Origin: Bacteroidales bacterium
GTDB taxonomy: Bacteria > Bacteroidota > Bacteroidia > Bacteroidales > Muribaculaceae
Direction of reading: 5' to 3'
Length of the DNA: 64,000 nucleotides
NCBI GenBank assembly: GCA_014800605.1
Contig: JAAVFS010000122.1
Coordinates: forward strand, 373 to 64,372
Part shown: in pieces, positions 53,178-62,600 of the stretch
How positions within the stretch are numbered: position 1 is the first letter of the stretch
Layout of the letters: each line of letters begins with the position of its first letter
The notes under the pieces: generated by a model
Database searches by the model: none
Told to the model about the DNA's origin: nothing
What the model saw: only the letters and a program-made list of their open reading frames with translations
Position numbers and translations under genes: made by a program

Positions 53178-54617
53178 TTATTTTTTAGTTGTGATGTCAA
53201 TCCTGTTGTTTTGCTTATCGACTATTATTGCGGAAATTGATTCGGTGGGGAGGGCTTCAACTTGTTGGGTAGTCGCTTTTTCGCCATCGATATAGATATC
53301 AGGATCTCCATTGGATGCTGAGTTACCTTTCTTTATGGTAATGACATCGGCGTCACTTTTTTTGATGGATTTTACTCCGACTACTACGATTTGAGAGTCG
53401 TTGAAGAAGTTGCTGAGGTCAAAGGGGACTTCTTCGCCGTTGATGATGAGTGTGAGAGTCGGATTTTTATATTCACCTGAGAGCTTGAAGTTGGCTGTGA
53501 TTGTTGCATTGCCATCGATCAGGCTACAGTCTATCGAGTTGGCTTCAAAGGTTTTTCCGTCGGTAGCGAAAGTCGCACCTGTAACCGACAGATGATTGCC
53601 GATACCGATACCTTTGATTGTGATGGATGTTCCCTGACCATCCTTGCTGATATTGGTGACCTGATAAGGAGTGACAGCGATTTTGTCGTCAGACGCTTTT
53701 TTGCTATCTTCGCTGACTGAAATAGCGCTGTTGCTGATTGTCGAGATGGCAGCGCGAATGGCCGGCGCAGAGACAACTCCGACGGCTAAAGCGAGCATAG
53801 GCACAAGTGCAAGGGCTTTGAATCGACGCCCGGCACGACTTTTTTCTTTGTACATCATGGTGATACGTTTTTTAAGATTACTATGATTGAGGCTGTTGGC
53901 TAAGGACGGGAATCTGGAGCCAACAGCTTTTTCTATTAAAAGCATCTGATATTCCTGCGCATCATGGCCGCTGTCGATGACGGCCATATCGGCCTGGTAT
54001 TCGTGGACGAGCATCAGTTCATCGCGCATGAGCCACGCGGCGGGGTTGAACCAATTGATGATGCAGACAATCTGGGCTATGAGTAGGTCGATCCAGTGGC
54101 AGGATGCAACGTGCTTGATTTCGTGTGCGATGATAGCTGAGGAGTTTTTCCCGTAGTCGTGGCGGCTTATGACTACATACGTCATCCAGCTGAAAGGAGC
54201 ATAGCGCTCGTTGTCTGTCACTACCAATGTGTATTGGCCTTGGTCGATTTTTTGGCCTGAGCGAATGACTGTCGAAAGTCTGATCCATGTGATTAAGGTC
54301 TTGATAAGGACTATTGACATGCCTGCAATGAATATCCAGATCAGTATTGTGCCCCAGACGGGCTTGGCAGTCGGGGTTGAAATCCCGCTGAGAACCTGTA
54401 TATCATCGAAATGGATCGCATCAGTGGTGGATGCGGTGGTGATTTTTTTGATGAGATAGGTCCTTGGTATGGCAAGGAATGATATTGCATAGATCGACAG
54501 GAGTACTGCACGGTTGAAGCTATGCAGATTGTCTCTCGACAGGAATAGCCGGTAGGAGAGATACATGGCGAGCATCAGGATGCCGCTTATAATTGAGTAA
54601 GAGAGAAATGTGCCCAT
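53178..54617 (-). CDS. M56 (BlaR1-like) membrane metallopeptidase/sensor with a non-TonB C-terminal domain
   Basis: HEXXH (AHEIKHVASCH), HEYQAD, NSLNHSNLKKRITMM (same linker as the paralogue at 5541), and a distinct beta-rich C-terminal ~190 aa. Confidence 0.85.
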   Translation of the reverse strand: MGTFLSYSIISGILMLAMYLSYRLFLSRDNLHSFNRAVLLSIYAISFLAIPRTYLIKKITTASTTDAIHFDDIQVLSGISTPTAKPVWGTILIWIFIAGMSIVLIKTLITWIRLSTVIRSGQKIDQGQYTLVVTDNERYAPFSWMTYVVISRHDYGKNSSAIIAHEIKHVASCHWIDLLIAQIVCIINWFNPAAWLMRDELMLVHEYQADMAVIDSGHDAQEYQMLLIEKAVGSRFPSLANSLNHSNLKKRITMMYKEKSRAGRRFKALALVPMLALAVGVVSAPAIRAAISTISNSAISVSEDSKKASDDKIAVTPYQVTNISKDGQGTSITIKGIGIGNHLSVTGATFATDGKTFEANSIDCSLIDGNATITANFKLSGEYKNPTLTLIINGEEVPFDLSNFFNDSQIVVVGVKSIKKSDADVITIKKGNSASNGDPDIYIDGEKATTQQVEALPTESISAIIVDKQNNRIDITTKK

Positions 54618-54618
54618 A

Positions 54619-54996
54619 TCACTTACCTTTGTTCTCGACGAGTCGAAGTAACTCTTTCAGCTCGTCAGCGGAGATTTTGTCTTCGGCTACGAGGGCTGAG
54701 ACAGCTCCGTAGTAGCTGCCTCCGAAGTAGTTTTTGATAAAATTGCCGAAGCTGCGGTTACGGAAGTACTCCTTTTCAACTTTCGCGAAATATAGGAATG
54801 CACCGGCCGATTCTGAGTGATCAACAAAGCCTTTAGCCTCAAGTCGGCGTACGACAGTCGATACCGTGTTGACATGAGGTTTAGGGTCTGGATATAGTTC
54901 AACGAGTTTGCTGATCAATATCGGACCATGATTCCAGAGGAGTTGCATCAGCTCTTCTTCCTTCGGTGTGAGTTTGTCTTTTGTTGTGGTTCGCAT
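54619..54996 (-). CDS. BlaI/MecI/CopY-family transcriptional repressor
   Basis: EEELMQLLWNHGP..VELYPDPKPHVNTVSTVVRRLEAKGFV. Paralogue of the protein at 5156-5557. Confidence 0.85.
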   Translation of the reverse strand: MRTTTKDKLTPKEEELMQLLWNHGPILISKLVELYPDPKPHVNTVSTVVRRLEAKGFVDHSESAGAFLYFAKVEKEYFRNRSFGNFIKNYFGGSYYGAVSALVAEDKISADELKELLRLVENKGK

Positions 54997-55012
54997 AACT
55001 ATTTTTGTAGTT
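54997..55012. promoter_or_regulatory. Operator-like dyad AACTATTTTTGTAGTT
   Basis: AACTA-N6-TAGTT directly abutting the blaI-like start codon. Confidence 0.45.
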
Positions 55013-55029
55013 TACGGTGCAAATGTAGT

Positions 55030-55045
55030 AACTATATTTGTAGTT
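55030..55045. promoter_or_regulatory. Operator-like dyad AACTATATTTGTAGTT
   Basis: Second AACTA-N6-TAGTT copy. Confidence 0.45.
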
Positions 55046-55076
55046 GCAAACCTTACGAAGGAATTTAACTCATGTT

Positions 55077-55092
55077 AACTACATTTGTAGTT
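55077..55092. promoter_or_regulatory. Operator-like dyad AACTACATTTGTAGTT
   Basis: Third copy, with extended arms AACTACA/TGTAGTT. This is a TACA/TGTA core of the kind known for BlaI/MecI operators. Confidence 0.5.
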
Positions 55093-55209
55093 GCCGTATT
55101 TTGGAGGTAGAACTTGTCAGCATTATCGAACTGGCACTAAAGCAGCGAAGGCTGCGGTGGGGTTGTCCACTCGCAGCCTTCGGCTTGTAAACTGATCGAT
55201 GGCGTGAGC

Positions 55210-56526
55210 TTATTTCTCGCGCATAAATACGTTGATAGGGGTGCCGTTGAAGTCCCAGTTTTCACGGATCTTGTTTTCAAGATAGCGACGGTATGGTTCT
55301 TTGACCCACTGTGGAAGGTTGCAGAAGAATATAAATGTCGGTACGGGCGCTCCTTTGAGCATGGTGATATACTTTATCTTCACGTACTTGCCCTTGTTGG
55401 CTGGTGGTGGGTATGCTTCGATAGCTTCCTGCATCACGGTGTTGAGCTGTGATGTCGGCACAGTGCGTTTGCGATTTTCATATACCTTCACGGCGGTCTC
55501 CAATACTTTGAAGATACGCTGCTTGGTGAGAGCAGAAGTGAAGATGATGGGGAAGTCGGTAAAAGGTGCGAAGCGCTCGCGAATGGCCGCTTCATAGTGT
55601 TTGATAGCGGTGATTGACTTGTCTTCGACCAGGTCCCACTTGTTGACACATACGACCAGACCCTTCTTGTTTTTCTGGATGAGGGAGAAGATGTTGCTGT
55701 CCTGGCTCTCGATGCCGCGAGTGCCGTCGATCATCAGGATGCAGACGTCGCTGGCCTCGATAGCGCGGATCGAACGAATCACGGAGTAGTATTCGATATC
55801 TTCGTTGACCTTGTTTTTCTTGCGGATACCGGCTGTATCGACGAGGTAGAAGTCAAACCCGAATTTGTTGTAGCGGGTGTAGATGCTATCGCGTGTTGTG
55901 CCGGCGATGTCGGTCACTATATGTCGGTCTTCGCCGATGAAGGCATTGATCAGAGATGATTTACCTGCATTCGGTCGTCCTACTATGGCAAATTTGGGGA
56001 TGTCGTCGAGGCGCTCTTCATCGTCCTCTTTCTCGGGGAGCTTCTTGACTACTTCGTCGAGAAGGTCGCCTGTGCCATAACCGCTGACGGCCGATACGGG
56101 ATAGGGCTCACCCAGTCCCAGCGAGTAGAACTCGGCTACATTGTAGAGCCAGTCGTTGGAGTCAACCTTGTTGGCTACGAGGATGACAGGTTTCTTTGAC
56201 TTGCGAAGGATTTCGGCAACATGGTCGTCGAGGTCGGTGACGCCATTCATCGCATCGACTACAAACAGAATCTCATCGGCCTGCTCAATGGCAAGGTTGA
56301 CCTGCTTGTTGATCTCGCTTTCAAATACGTCTTCGCTATTTACTACCCAACCGCCGGTATCGACGATTGAGAATTCTTTGCCGTTCCAGTCGACTTTGCC
56401 GTACTGTCGATCGCGTGTTGTGCCAGCCGTCGGATCTACGATGGCGGTACGCGTCTGTGTCAGTCGGTTGAAGAGTGTCGACTTACCCACATTGGGTCGG
56501 CCTACTATTGCTACTAATTGTCCCAT
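55210..56526 (-). CDS. der: Ribosome-biogenesis GTPase Der (EngA)
   Basis: Two tandem GTPase domains ([12 protein letters not shown] and [12 protein letters not shown]) plus a KH-like C-terminus. Confidence 0.95.
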   Translation of the reverse strand: MGQLVAIVGRPNVGKSTLFNRLTQTRTAIVDPTAGTTRDRQYGKVDWNGKEFSIVDTGGWVVNSEDVFESEINKQVNLAIEQADEILFVVDAMNGVTDLDDHVAEILRKSKKPVILVANKVDSNDWLYNVAEFYSLGLGEPYPVSAVSGYGTGDLLDEVVKKLPEKEDDEERLDDIPKFAIVGRPNAGKSSLINAFIGEDRHIVTDIAGTTRDSIYTRYNKFGFDFYLVDTAGIRKKNKVNEDIEYYSVIRSIRAIEASDVCILMIDGTRGIESQDSNIFSLIQKNKKGLVVCVNKWDLVEDKSITAIKHYEAAIRERFAPFTDFPIIFTSALTKQRIFKVLETAVKVYENRKRTVPTSQLNTVMQEAIEAYPPPANKGKYVKIKYITMLKGAPVPTFIFFCNLPQWVKEPYRRYLENKIRENWDFNGTPINVFMREK

Positions 56527-56571
56527 AATTATTTCACAAAGTTAAGTTAAATATGTGAAATCCGCAATAAT

Positions 56572-57462
56572 TTATTCGATGTAGCCGAATGACTTCAGCT
56601 TGTTCTCGCGATTACGCCAGTTGGCTTCGACTTTGACAAACATCTCGAGGTAGACACTCTTGCCAAAGAATTTCTCGATATCCTTGCGGGCTTCGGTGCC
56701 GACGCGCTTGAGCATAGATCCTCCCTTGCCAATGATAATGCCTTTCTGAGAGTCGCGCTCTACATAGATGACGGCCATGATGTGGATCGACTTTTCGCTC
56801 TCCTCGAACTTCTCGACGATGACTTCGGTCGAGTAGGGGACTTCCTTGTCGTAGTTGAGGAGAATCTTCTCGCGGATGATCTCAGTCACGAAGAATCGCG
56901 CGGGCTTATCGGTCAGAGCGTCTTTGCCGAAGTAGGGTTCTGATTTCGGTAGAAGCTCGACGATGCGTGCCATGAGGTTGATTACATTGAAATGCTCCTT
57001 GGCCGAGGTCGGGAAGATTTCTGCATTCGGGAGAAGCTCTTTCCAGCGGGCTACGATAGATTCGAGCTCCGACTGCTCTTTTACGAGGTCGATCTTGTTG
57101 ATTACAAGCAGTACGGGGACTGTCTCTTTAGCCACTTTTGCAAGGAAGTCGGCATTCTTGGTCGGATCCTCCACGACGTCGGTGACGTAGAGCAGGATGT
57201 CAGCATCGGTCAGCGCTCCTTCGGAATATCCGAGCATGCTTTCCTGAAGTTTGTATTTAGGTGAGAGTACGCCGGGGGTGTCGGAAAATACGATCTGATA
57301 TTCGGGGGTATTTACGATACCCATTATACGGTGGCGGGTGGTCTGAGCTTTGGATGTTATGATGCTGACGCGTTCGCCTACGAGGTCGTTCATAAGGGTG
57401 GACTTGCCTACGTTAGGGTTACCTACGATATTGACAAATCCGGCTTTGTGTTCATTTGACAT
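56572..57462 (-). CDS. era: GTPase Era
   Basis: [20 protein letters not shown] and a C-terminal KH domain (VERDSQKGIIIGKGGSMLK). Confidence 0.95.
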   Translation of the reverse strand: MSNEHKAGFVNIVGNPNVGKSTLMNDLVGERVSIITSKAQTTRHRIMGIVNTPEYQIVFSDTPGVLSPKYKLQESMLGYSEGALTDADILLYVTDVVEDPTKNADFLAKVAKETVPVLLVINKIDLVKEQSELESIVARWKELLPNAEIFPTSAKEHFNVINLMARIVELLPKSEPYFGKDALTDKPARFFVTEIIREKILLNYDKEVPYSTEVIVEKFEESEKSIHIMAVIYVERDSQKGIIIGKGGSMLKRVGTEARKDIEKFFGKSVYLEMFVKVEANWRNRENKLKSFGYIE

Positions 57463-57515
57463 AGTTGATATACTTGTATTTAGGTTATGTGATTTTTTTT
57501 TCTTCTATATATAAA

Positions 57516-57523
57516 CAAAAATA
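57516..57523 (-). promoter_or_regulatory. Bacteroidota -7 box (TATTTTTG on the minus strand) for era-der
   Basis: TAnnTTTG about 54 nt upstream of ATG 57462. Confidence 0.4.
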
Positions 57524-57546
57524 GCACCTTAAAAGATGCTATTTTT
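57517..57546 (-). terminator. Terminator hairpin downstream of fabH (AAAAATAGCA/TGCTATTTTT)
   Basis: The stem has A/T-run arms. A second hairpin, CATTGATG/CATCAATG, lies closer to the fabH stop at about 57571-57593. Confidence 0.45.
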
Positions 57547-57616
57547 TGAAATTTTCTTTAGAAAATTAGCATTGATGTCGTAGCATCAATGGCTGTAGTC
57601 TTTGGTTTTAAGGAGA

Positions 57617-58615
57617 TTACATGTCCCAGATGAGGTACATCGCGCCCCAGGTAAATCCTGCACCGAAAGCGGTGAGGAGGAGCTTGTCGCCTTTCTTGAG
57701 TTTGTGCTTGTATTCGTCGAGACACAAGGGGATAGAAGCGGCGCTGGTGTTGCCGTAATGCTCGATATTGACAAGTACCTTCTCGGGATCGATGCCTGCA
57801 CGTGAAGCTACGGCCTCGATGATTCGGAGGTTTGCCTGGTGGGGAATCATGTAGTCGATAGTCTCAACGGTGAGGTTGTTGCGGTTGAGGATGTCGACAG
57901 AAGAGGTGTACATGTCTGTAACGGCATTTTTGTAGACATAGCGGCCATCCTGGAAGAGATAGTGCTCGCCGGCGTCAAGGGTCTCCTGAGAAGTGGGTTT
58001 TACAGAGCCACCTGCAGGCATGACGAGGTGTTCGAGTCCTTTACCGTCGACGTGGAATACAGCATCCATTACGCCGGTCTCTTCTTCAGTTGGCTCAACG
58101 AGTACGGCAGCTGCACCATCACCAAAGAGGGGGCAGGTGGCTCGGTCGTTGTAGTTGACCATTGAAGACATCTTTTCGGCGCAGACTACAACTACCTTTT
58201 TGCGGAGGCCGGACTTGATGTAGGCGGCAGCATCTTCGAGAGCTACGATGAAGCCTGCACAAGCAGCCTGGATGTCATAGGCGTAAGCGCCGGTGAGGCC
58301 GCATCCTTCTACGATAACAGATGCTGTAGAGGGGAAGCGATAGTCGGGGTTGGAGGTTGCGCAGATGAGCAGCTCGATTTCTTCGGGTTTTACGCCGGTT
58401 GATTCAATGAGACGGTTGACAGCCTGAATGCCGAGGTAAGATGAGCCGGCACCTTCTTTCTTGAGGATGCGGCGCTCTTTGATGCCTACGCGAGTTGTGA
58501 TCCACTCGTCGTTGGTATCAACCATCTTAGAGAGCATTTCGTTGTCAAGTATGTCATCGGGCACGTATGAAGCGATGCCGGAAATTCTTGCGTGTAGCAT
58601 ATCTTGGAAATTCAA
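57617..58615 (-). CDS. fabH: Beta-ketoacyl-ACP synthase III
   Basis: Active-site contexts AACAGF (Cys), PHQANLRI (His) and GNTSAASIPL (Asn). 332 aa. Confidence 0.9.
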   Translation of the reverse strand: MNFQDMLHARISGIASYVPDDILDNEMLSKMVDTNDEWITTRVGIKERRILKKEGAGSSYLGIQAVNRLIESTGVKPEEIELLICATSNPDYRFPSTASVIVEGCGLTGAYAYDIQAACAGFIVALEDAAAYIKSGLRKKVVVVCAEKMSSMVNYNDRATCPLFGDGAAAVLVEPTEEETGVMDAVFHVDGKGLEHLVMPAGGSVKPTSQETLDAGEHYLFQDGRYVYKNAVTDMYTSSVDILNRNNLTVETIDYMIPHQANLRIIEAVASRAGIDPEKVLVNIEHYGNTSAASIPLCLDEYKHKLKKGDKLLLTAFGAGFTWGAMYLIWDM

Positions 58616-58730
58616 TTCTTGATTGGGGTATGTCTATAAATGGCAAAACATCTCCATCGAGCCGTTAACTGACTTGTCTGTCGGCTCTTGGAGGTGTTAT
58701 TGCTTTTGCTGCTCACTCTGGAGCCGAAGC

Positions 58731-58916
58731 TTAGACGGCAGCAGTCTTCTCGATAGCGAGTTTGCCACGATAGTAGCCACACTCACCACATACGCAGTGA
58801 TATACATGCCATGCGCCACAGTTGGGGCATACTGCCAAAGTGGGCATTGCAGCCTTATCGTGAGTTCTACGCTTTGCGGTGCGGGTCTTTGATTGTTTGC
58901 GTTTAGGATGTGCCAT
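58731..58916 (-). CDS. rpmF: 50S ribosomal protein L32
   Basis: MAHPKRKQSKTRTAKRRTH.. and a CPNCG..H..C..CG zinc ribbon. Confidence 0.95.
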   Translation of the reverse strand: MAHPKRKQSKTRTAKRRTHDKAAMPTLAVCPNCGAWHVYHCVCGECGYYRGKLAIEKTAAV

Positions 58917-58934
58917 GGTTGCTTTTAGTTATGT

Positions 58935-59522
58935 TTAATTATTTTCTTTTAAATCTTTAAGTTTATCCCAGCGGGGATCAGTCGAGCCGGTCTCAGTGTC
59001 CTGAGCGTCCATGGAGTCCATCTCGTCGATGAGTTCTTCCTGAAGGGCGGCATCTTCATCGTTAGCGGCAGCCGTGCGATGCTTGCGGAGCAGAGCGCTC
59101 ATGGCGCGATTGCATTTGCCCATGGGGTGAACATGCTTGATGGGGATTGCCAGCGAAACGGTGTCATACATCATGTATGCGATATTGAGATAGGCATCGC
59201 TTTCGGGAATCTCGAGGATGTCGTCATTGTCGTCACGATAGTCGTCGCCATATTTTACGAGGATATGGTAGTCAGTATCGATCGGCAGGATGAGGTCGTC
59301 GAGGCAGCGGTCGCACAGAAGAGTGACTTCTCCGTCAAATTTGAATGAAAGAGCATAGGTGTCACCCTTATGGTCTACAACGAGTTTTACCGCAACATTT
59401 GCGTCGCGGATATCGCTGCTCTCCATGTCGGTAAAGAACTGCTTGCCAAGTGTGTACTCAAATTCGTGAGTGCCGGCAGGCATGCTTTTGAGAGGTAGTT
59501 TATATGCTGTAAATTTTCCCAC
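58935..59522 (-). CDS. yceD: YceD/DUF177-family protein (upstream of rpmF)
   Basis: Conserved position before rpmF, CDRCLDD motif, acidic C-terminus. I prefer GTG 59522 (VGKFTAYKL) because the -7 box 59550-59557 lies inside the ORF-track extension. Confidence 0.75.
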   Translation of the reverse strand: MGKFTAYKLPLKSMPAGTHEFEYTLGKQFFTDMESSDIRDANVAVKLVVDHKGDTYALSFKFDGEVTLLCDRCLDDLILPIDTDYHILVKYGDDYRDDNDDILEIPESDAYLNIAYMMYDTVSLAIPIKHVHPMGKCNRAMSALLRKHRTAAANDEDAALQEELIDEMDSMDAQDTETGSTDPRWDKLKDLKENN

Positions 59523-59549
59523 TGCAGTATAATACTTGCAAAAACTTTG

Positions 59550-59557
59550 CAAAGATA
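59550..59557 (-). promoter_or_regulatory. Bacteroidota -7 box (TATCTTTG on the minus strand) for yceD-rpmF-fabH
   Basis: TAnnTTTG 28 nt upstream of GTG 59522. Confidence 0.45.
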
Positions 59558-59626
59558 GATATTTTTTTCGATAATTTCAAACGATGCTCACTAAAAAAAT
59601 CGTCAAACTACTATAAAACAAAATAC

Positions 59627-59657
59627 AAGACCCTCAGGCGCGGTGCCCGAGGGTCTT
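59627..59657 (-). terminator. Rho-independent terminator of the large T9SS cargo gene
   Basis: 9-bp stem AAGACCCTC/GAGGGTCTT, followed on the minus strand by GUAUUUUGUUUU. Confidence 0.6.
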
Positions 59658-59695
59658 TCGTTTATGCTCCTTCGGAGCGGTTTGTGACTGTTGCC

Positions 59696-62600
59696 TTATT
59701 TGAGGTGTGCCTTGACGGCGCGCTCAGGTGTGGCGACGATGTAGATGCCCGGTGTGAGGTGCTTGCGGTCGATCTTTATGCCGGAGAGGTTGTAAATGGT
59801 CTCGGCGCCGGTCAGAGAGTCGATTGTGATCTCTTCGATTCCTGATACGGTGACAGTGACTGTGGTGTGTGTGGCGCGGGCTGTGCCATGATTGTAGACG
59901 GGGACTACTGCGTATTCATGGTCGAATGTGCCTGGCTTGTCAGTGGGGAGTGTGTCGACGAATATGGTGTCGTTGACGGGCTCCGAGGAGATCTGCTCGC
60001 CATTGCGGAATACGTGGTAGCCGGTGATTTCAAGATCTTCGGGCACGGCTGATGTGCCTTGGTAGGTGACATCATCTACGAAAAGGGCGCATGAGTCGTA
60101 AGCGTCGTGGCAGATGGCGAAGTAGGTTGCACCTTCGGGGAGCTTGTAGCTGTAGAGCATCCACTCTTCGGAGAGGTTGTCGGTAGCAAGACCTGTTACT
60201 TCGGTGAGAGCCTCGGTGAAGCAGTCGACGGTGTTGCCGGTGGTAGAGTAGTAGACTGTGAATGACTCCGGCCATGCGATGCTGAAGCCCTTTGCCCAGA
60301 AGGTGATGGTCTGCTCACGGCCTGAGAGGCGGGGTGAGATGAGCCAGTTGTCGTTGAGGGCGCTCTGTGCGCTGGGTGCGAGCATGAAGCTGTTGCCGCT
60401 GTGAGGAGCTGCGTCCTCCCAATACTGATCGGGCACTTCGGCTATTACTCGGTTGAAGAGCTGGAATGCCATGGGAGCGGTCTGGTAGGGGTTGACGAGT
60501 TCGCGGAAGATGTTGTAGGTCTTGGTCTGGTCGCCATCGTAGACGGTCCATTCGCCGGGACCGGAGATGGTAAGCGGGGTGTAGTCGTCGCTCTCGAAGT
60601 CATCCTCGATGGTCACGGGCTCCTTGAGGTGATCCCAGTTGGGAGCTGTCCATGAGAGTGTCACGGTGTTGTCGCCGTTGGGTTCGCCTGCGAGCTCGGT
60701 TACAGAGGGATAGATCGGGTAAACGACTTCGACGGTTGCTGAAGTGACGTATGCGGCGTCGGTGGCTACACCCTCGGCAGAGAATACGATCCTGAAGTCA
60801 AGTTCGTCGTCGGCAAACAGGGGTACGTTGTAGTCGAATTCGACAGTGGCGAGTGCGCGAGAATCAAGAGCTGCGAGTTCTTTTGAGTCAATCATTTCGT
60901 CGCCTAAGAAGAGCTGAGCTACAGGCGAGATGGCAGTCTTACCGATATTCTCGATCTGGGCTGTGAGCTTGATGTCAGATCCGGGGGTTGCCTTGGCTGG
61001 GGCGTTGACGGGGAAGACGCGGAGTGAGTTGCCGGCAAGGTCGCGGATGCAGATGTTGTCGAGGGGTATGCTCCAGGTGTGCTCGTCGTCATTGTGGTTG
61101 GCGAGCATCCGTATTTCAAACTGAATGGCACCCTTAGCTTTGTAACTGTCGAGGGGGATTTGGGCGAGAGTCCAGTCTGTAGCGGGATTTTCCTTGAGGT
61201 CGATGGTCTTCGCAATTTTGAGCGAGTCGGTTCCACCGGCGATGAGTACATCAATGGTGCTACCTTGACCCTGATACCAGAATTCGAGAACGGGCTCGGT
61301 AGCTTTGGAGATGTCTGTGCGGACAGAGATGAGTCCAAGCAGAGCGTCTTTGTCAACCGGGAGCCAGAAGAAGAAGCCGTTGTCGCCGTCGCGTGATTTC
61401 AGTGGCTTGGGTGCGTCGGGATCCTCAGGGTCAATCAGAGATTCGAAGTAAGAATCGTCCATTGTACCATACTGCTGGAGCAGGTTCTTTCCGTCAGACT
61501 CTGACATCCAGATGCCATCATAATATCCGTCAACGAAAGATTCTGAGAAGGGCATGGGAGCGGGCTCACCGGCTGTGATGATATTGGAGACGCCTTCAAG
61601 TGAGTAGTAATCGCCTACACCGGCAGTCACCTGATAAGCGAAGAAGTCCTGCTCGCTCAGGTCGCTATAGTTGATAGTGTAGGAGGTTTCGGATGTGGTG
61701 CCGATAGCGGGATCGTAGTATGTGCCGAATGCATCGAAGATGTAGTATGTGATACTGTCAGTATCGACATATCCACCGTTTTCGCCGACCTCGCCGGGTG
61801 CGTTCCAGGTCAGTGTGGCTGATTTGTAGTCATCGGCTACTGTTAGGGTGACATCGGTAGGAGCAAGAGGAGAGTCGGGACCGCAGAAGATGCTCTTGTA
61901 TTCTACTACCTCGCCGGCTACGTCTGCGACATAGGCCACTGCGGTAAAGCGGTTGTTATAGCCGGCATACATGTCGACTTCCTGGGTAATGACCTGTCCG
62001 GGAGTCACTTCGTCAAAGGTGTAGGTGTCGACACCCCAGCGTGAGGTAAGCACGACCTTTGTGATCTCTTTCAGGTCATCGCCTGAGACGGTCTTGGTAG
62101 GAGCTGTATAGGTCAGGGTAGCTTTCAGTTCGCCCTTGGGAGCTACGACCCATGAGAGCTCACCGGCTGCCGGTGGATCGATTTTAACGATCTCGCCTGC
62201 TGTGACGCTCAGTTTGTGGAGCTTAACGGTGGCCTTCTGCTCTTTAGTGGTCAGATTGTGGAGACCGATATAATAGTAGCCGTCATGGGGGATTGCACAG
62301 GGATACTCGTAGGTAGTGCGATCCTTGGTGGTGATTACGGTGGTGGGAGCGATCTCGGCAATCATACCTTCGACGGTCGGAGCGGTACCCAGCTTTAGCT
62401 CGACAGTCATGCCGGTAGCGCCGGTGCCGATGTATGAGAGGTCGGCAGCTACCGTATAGTCGCCGGCAGTCATGTAGACGGGTACGGTAATGATCCAGTC
62501 GTCAGCAGATTCGATTTCGTCGGTATTGGGCAGCATGCAGGGAGTGTAGTCGCTCATTCCGGCGGGTTTCCAGGTGCGGCTATCGGCGTTGGCATCGATT

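Noticed and set aside
53571-53582. T-G-A-T (flavinylation-like) motif in the C-terminal domain of the second BlaR1-like protein
   Set aside because: It has no adjacent apbE and no upstream Asp of the extended motif. A four-residue match is expected by chance at this frequency, so it is not reported as a finding.
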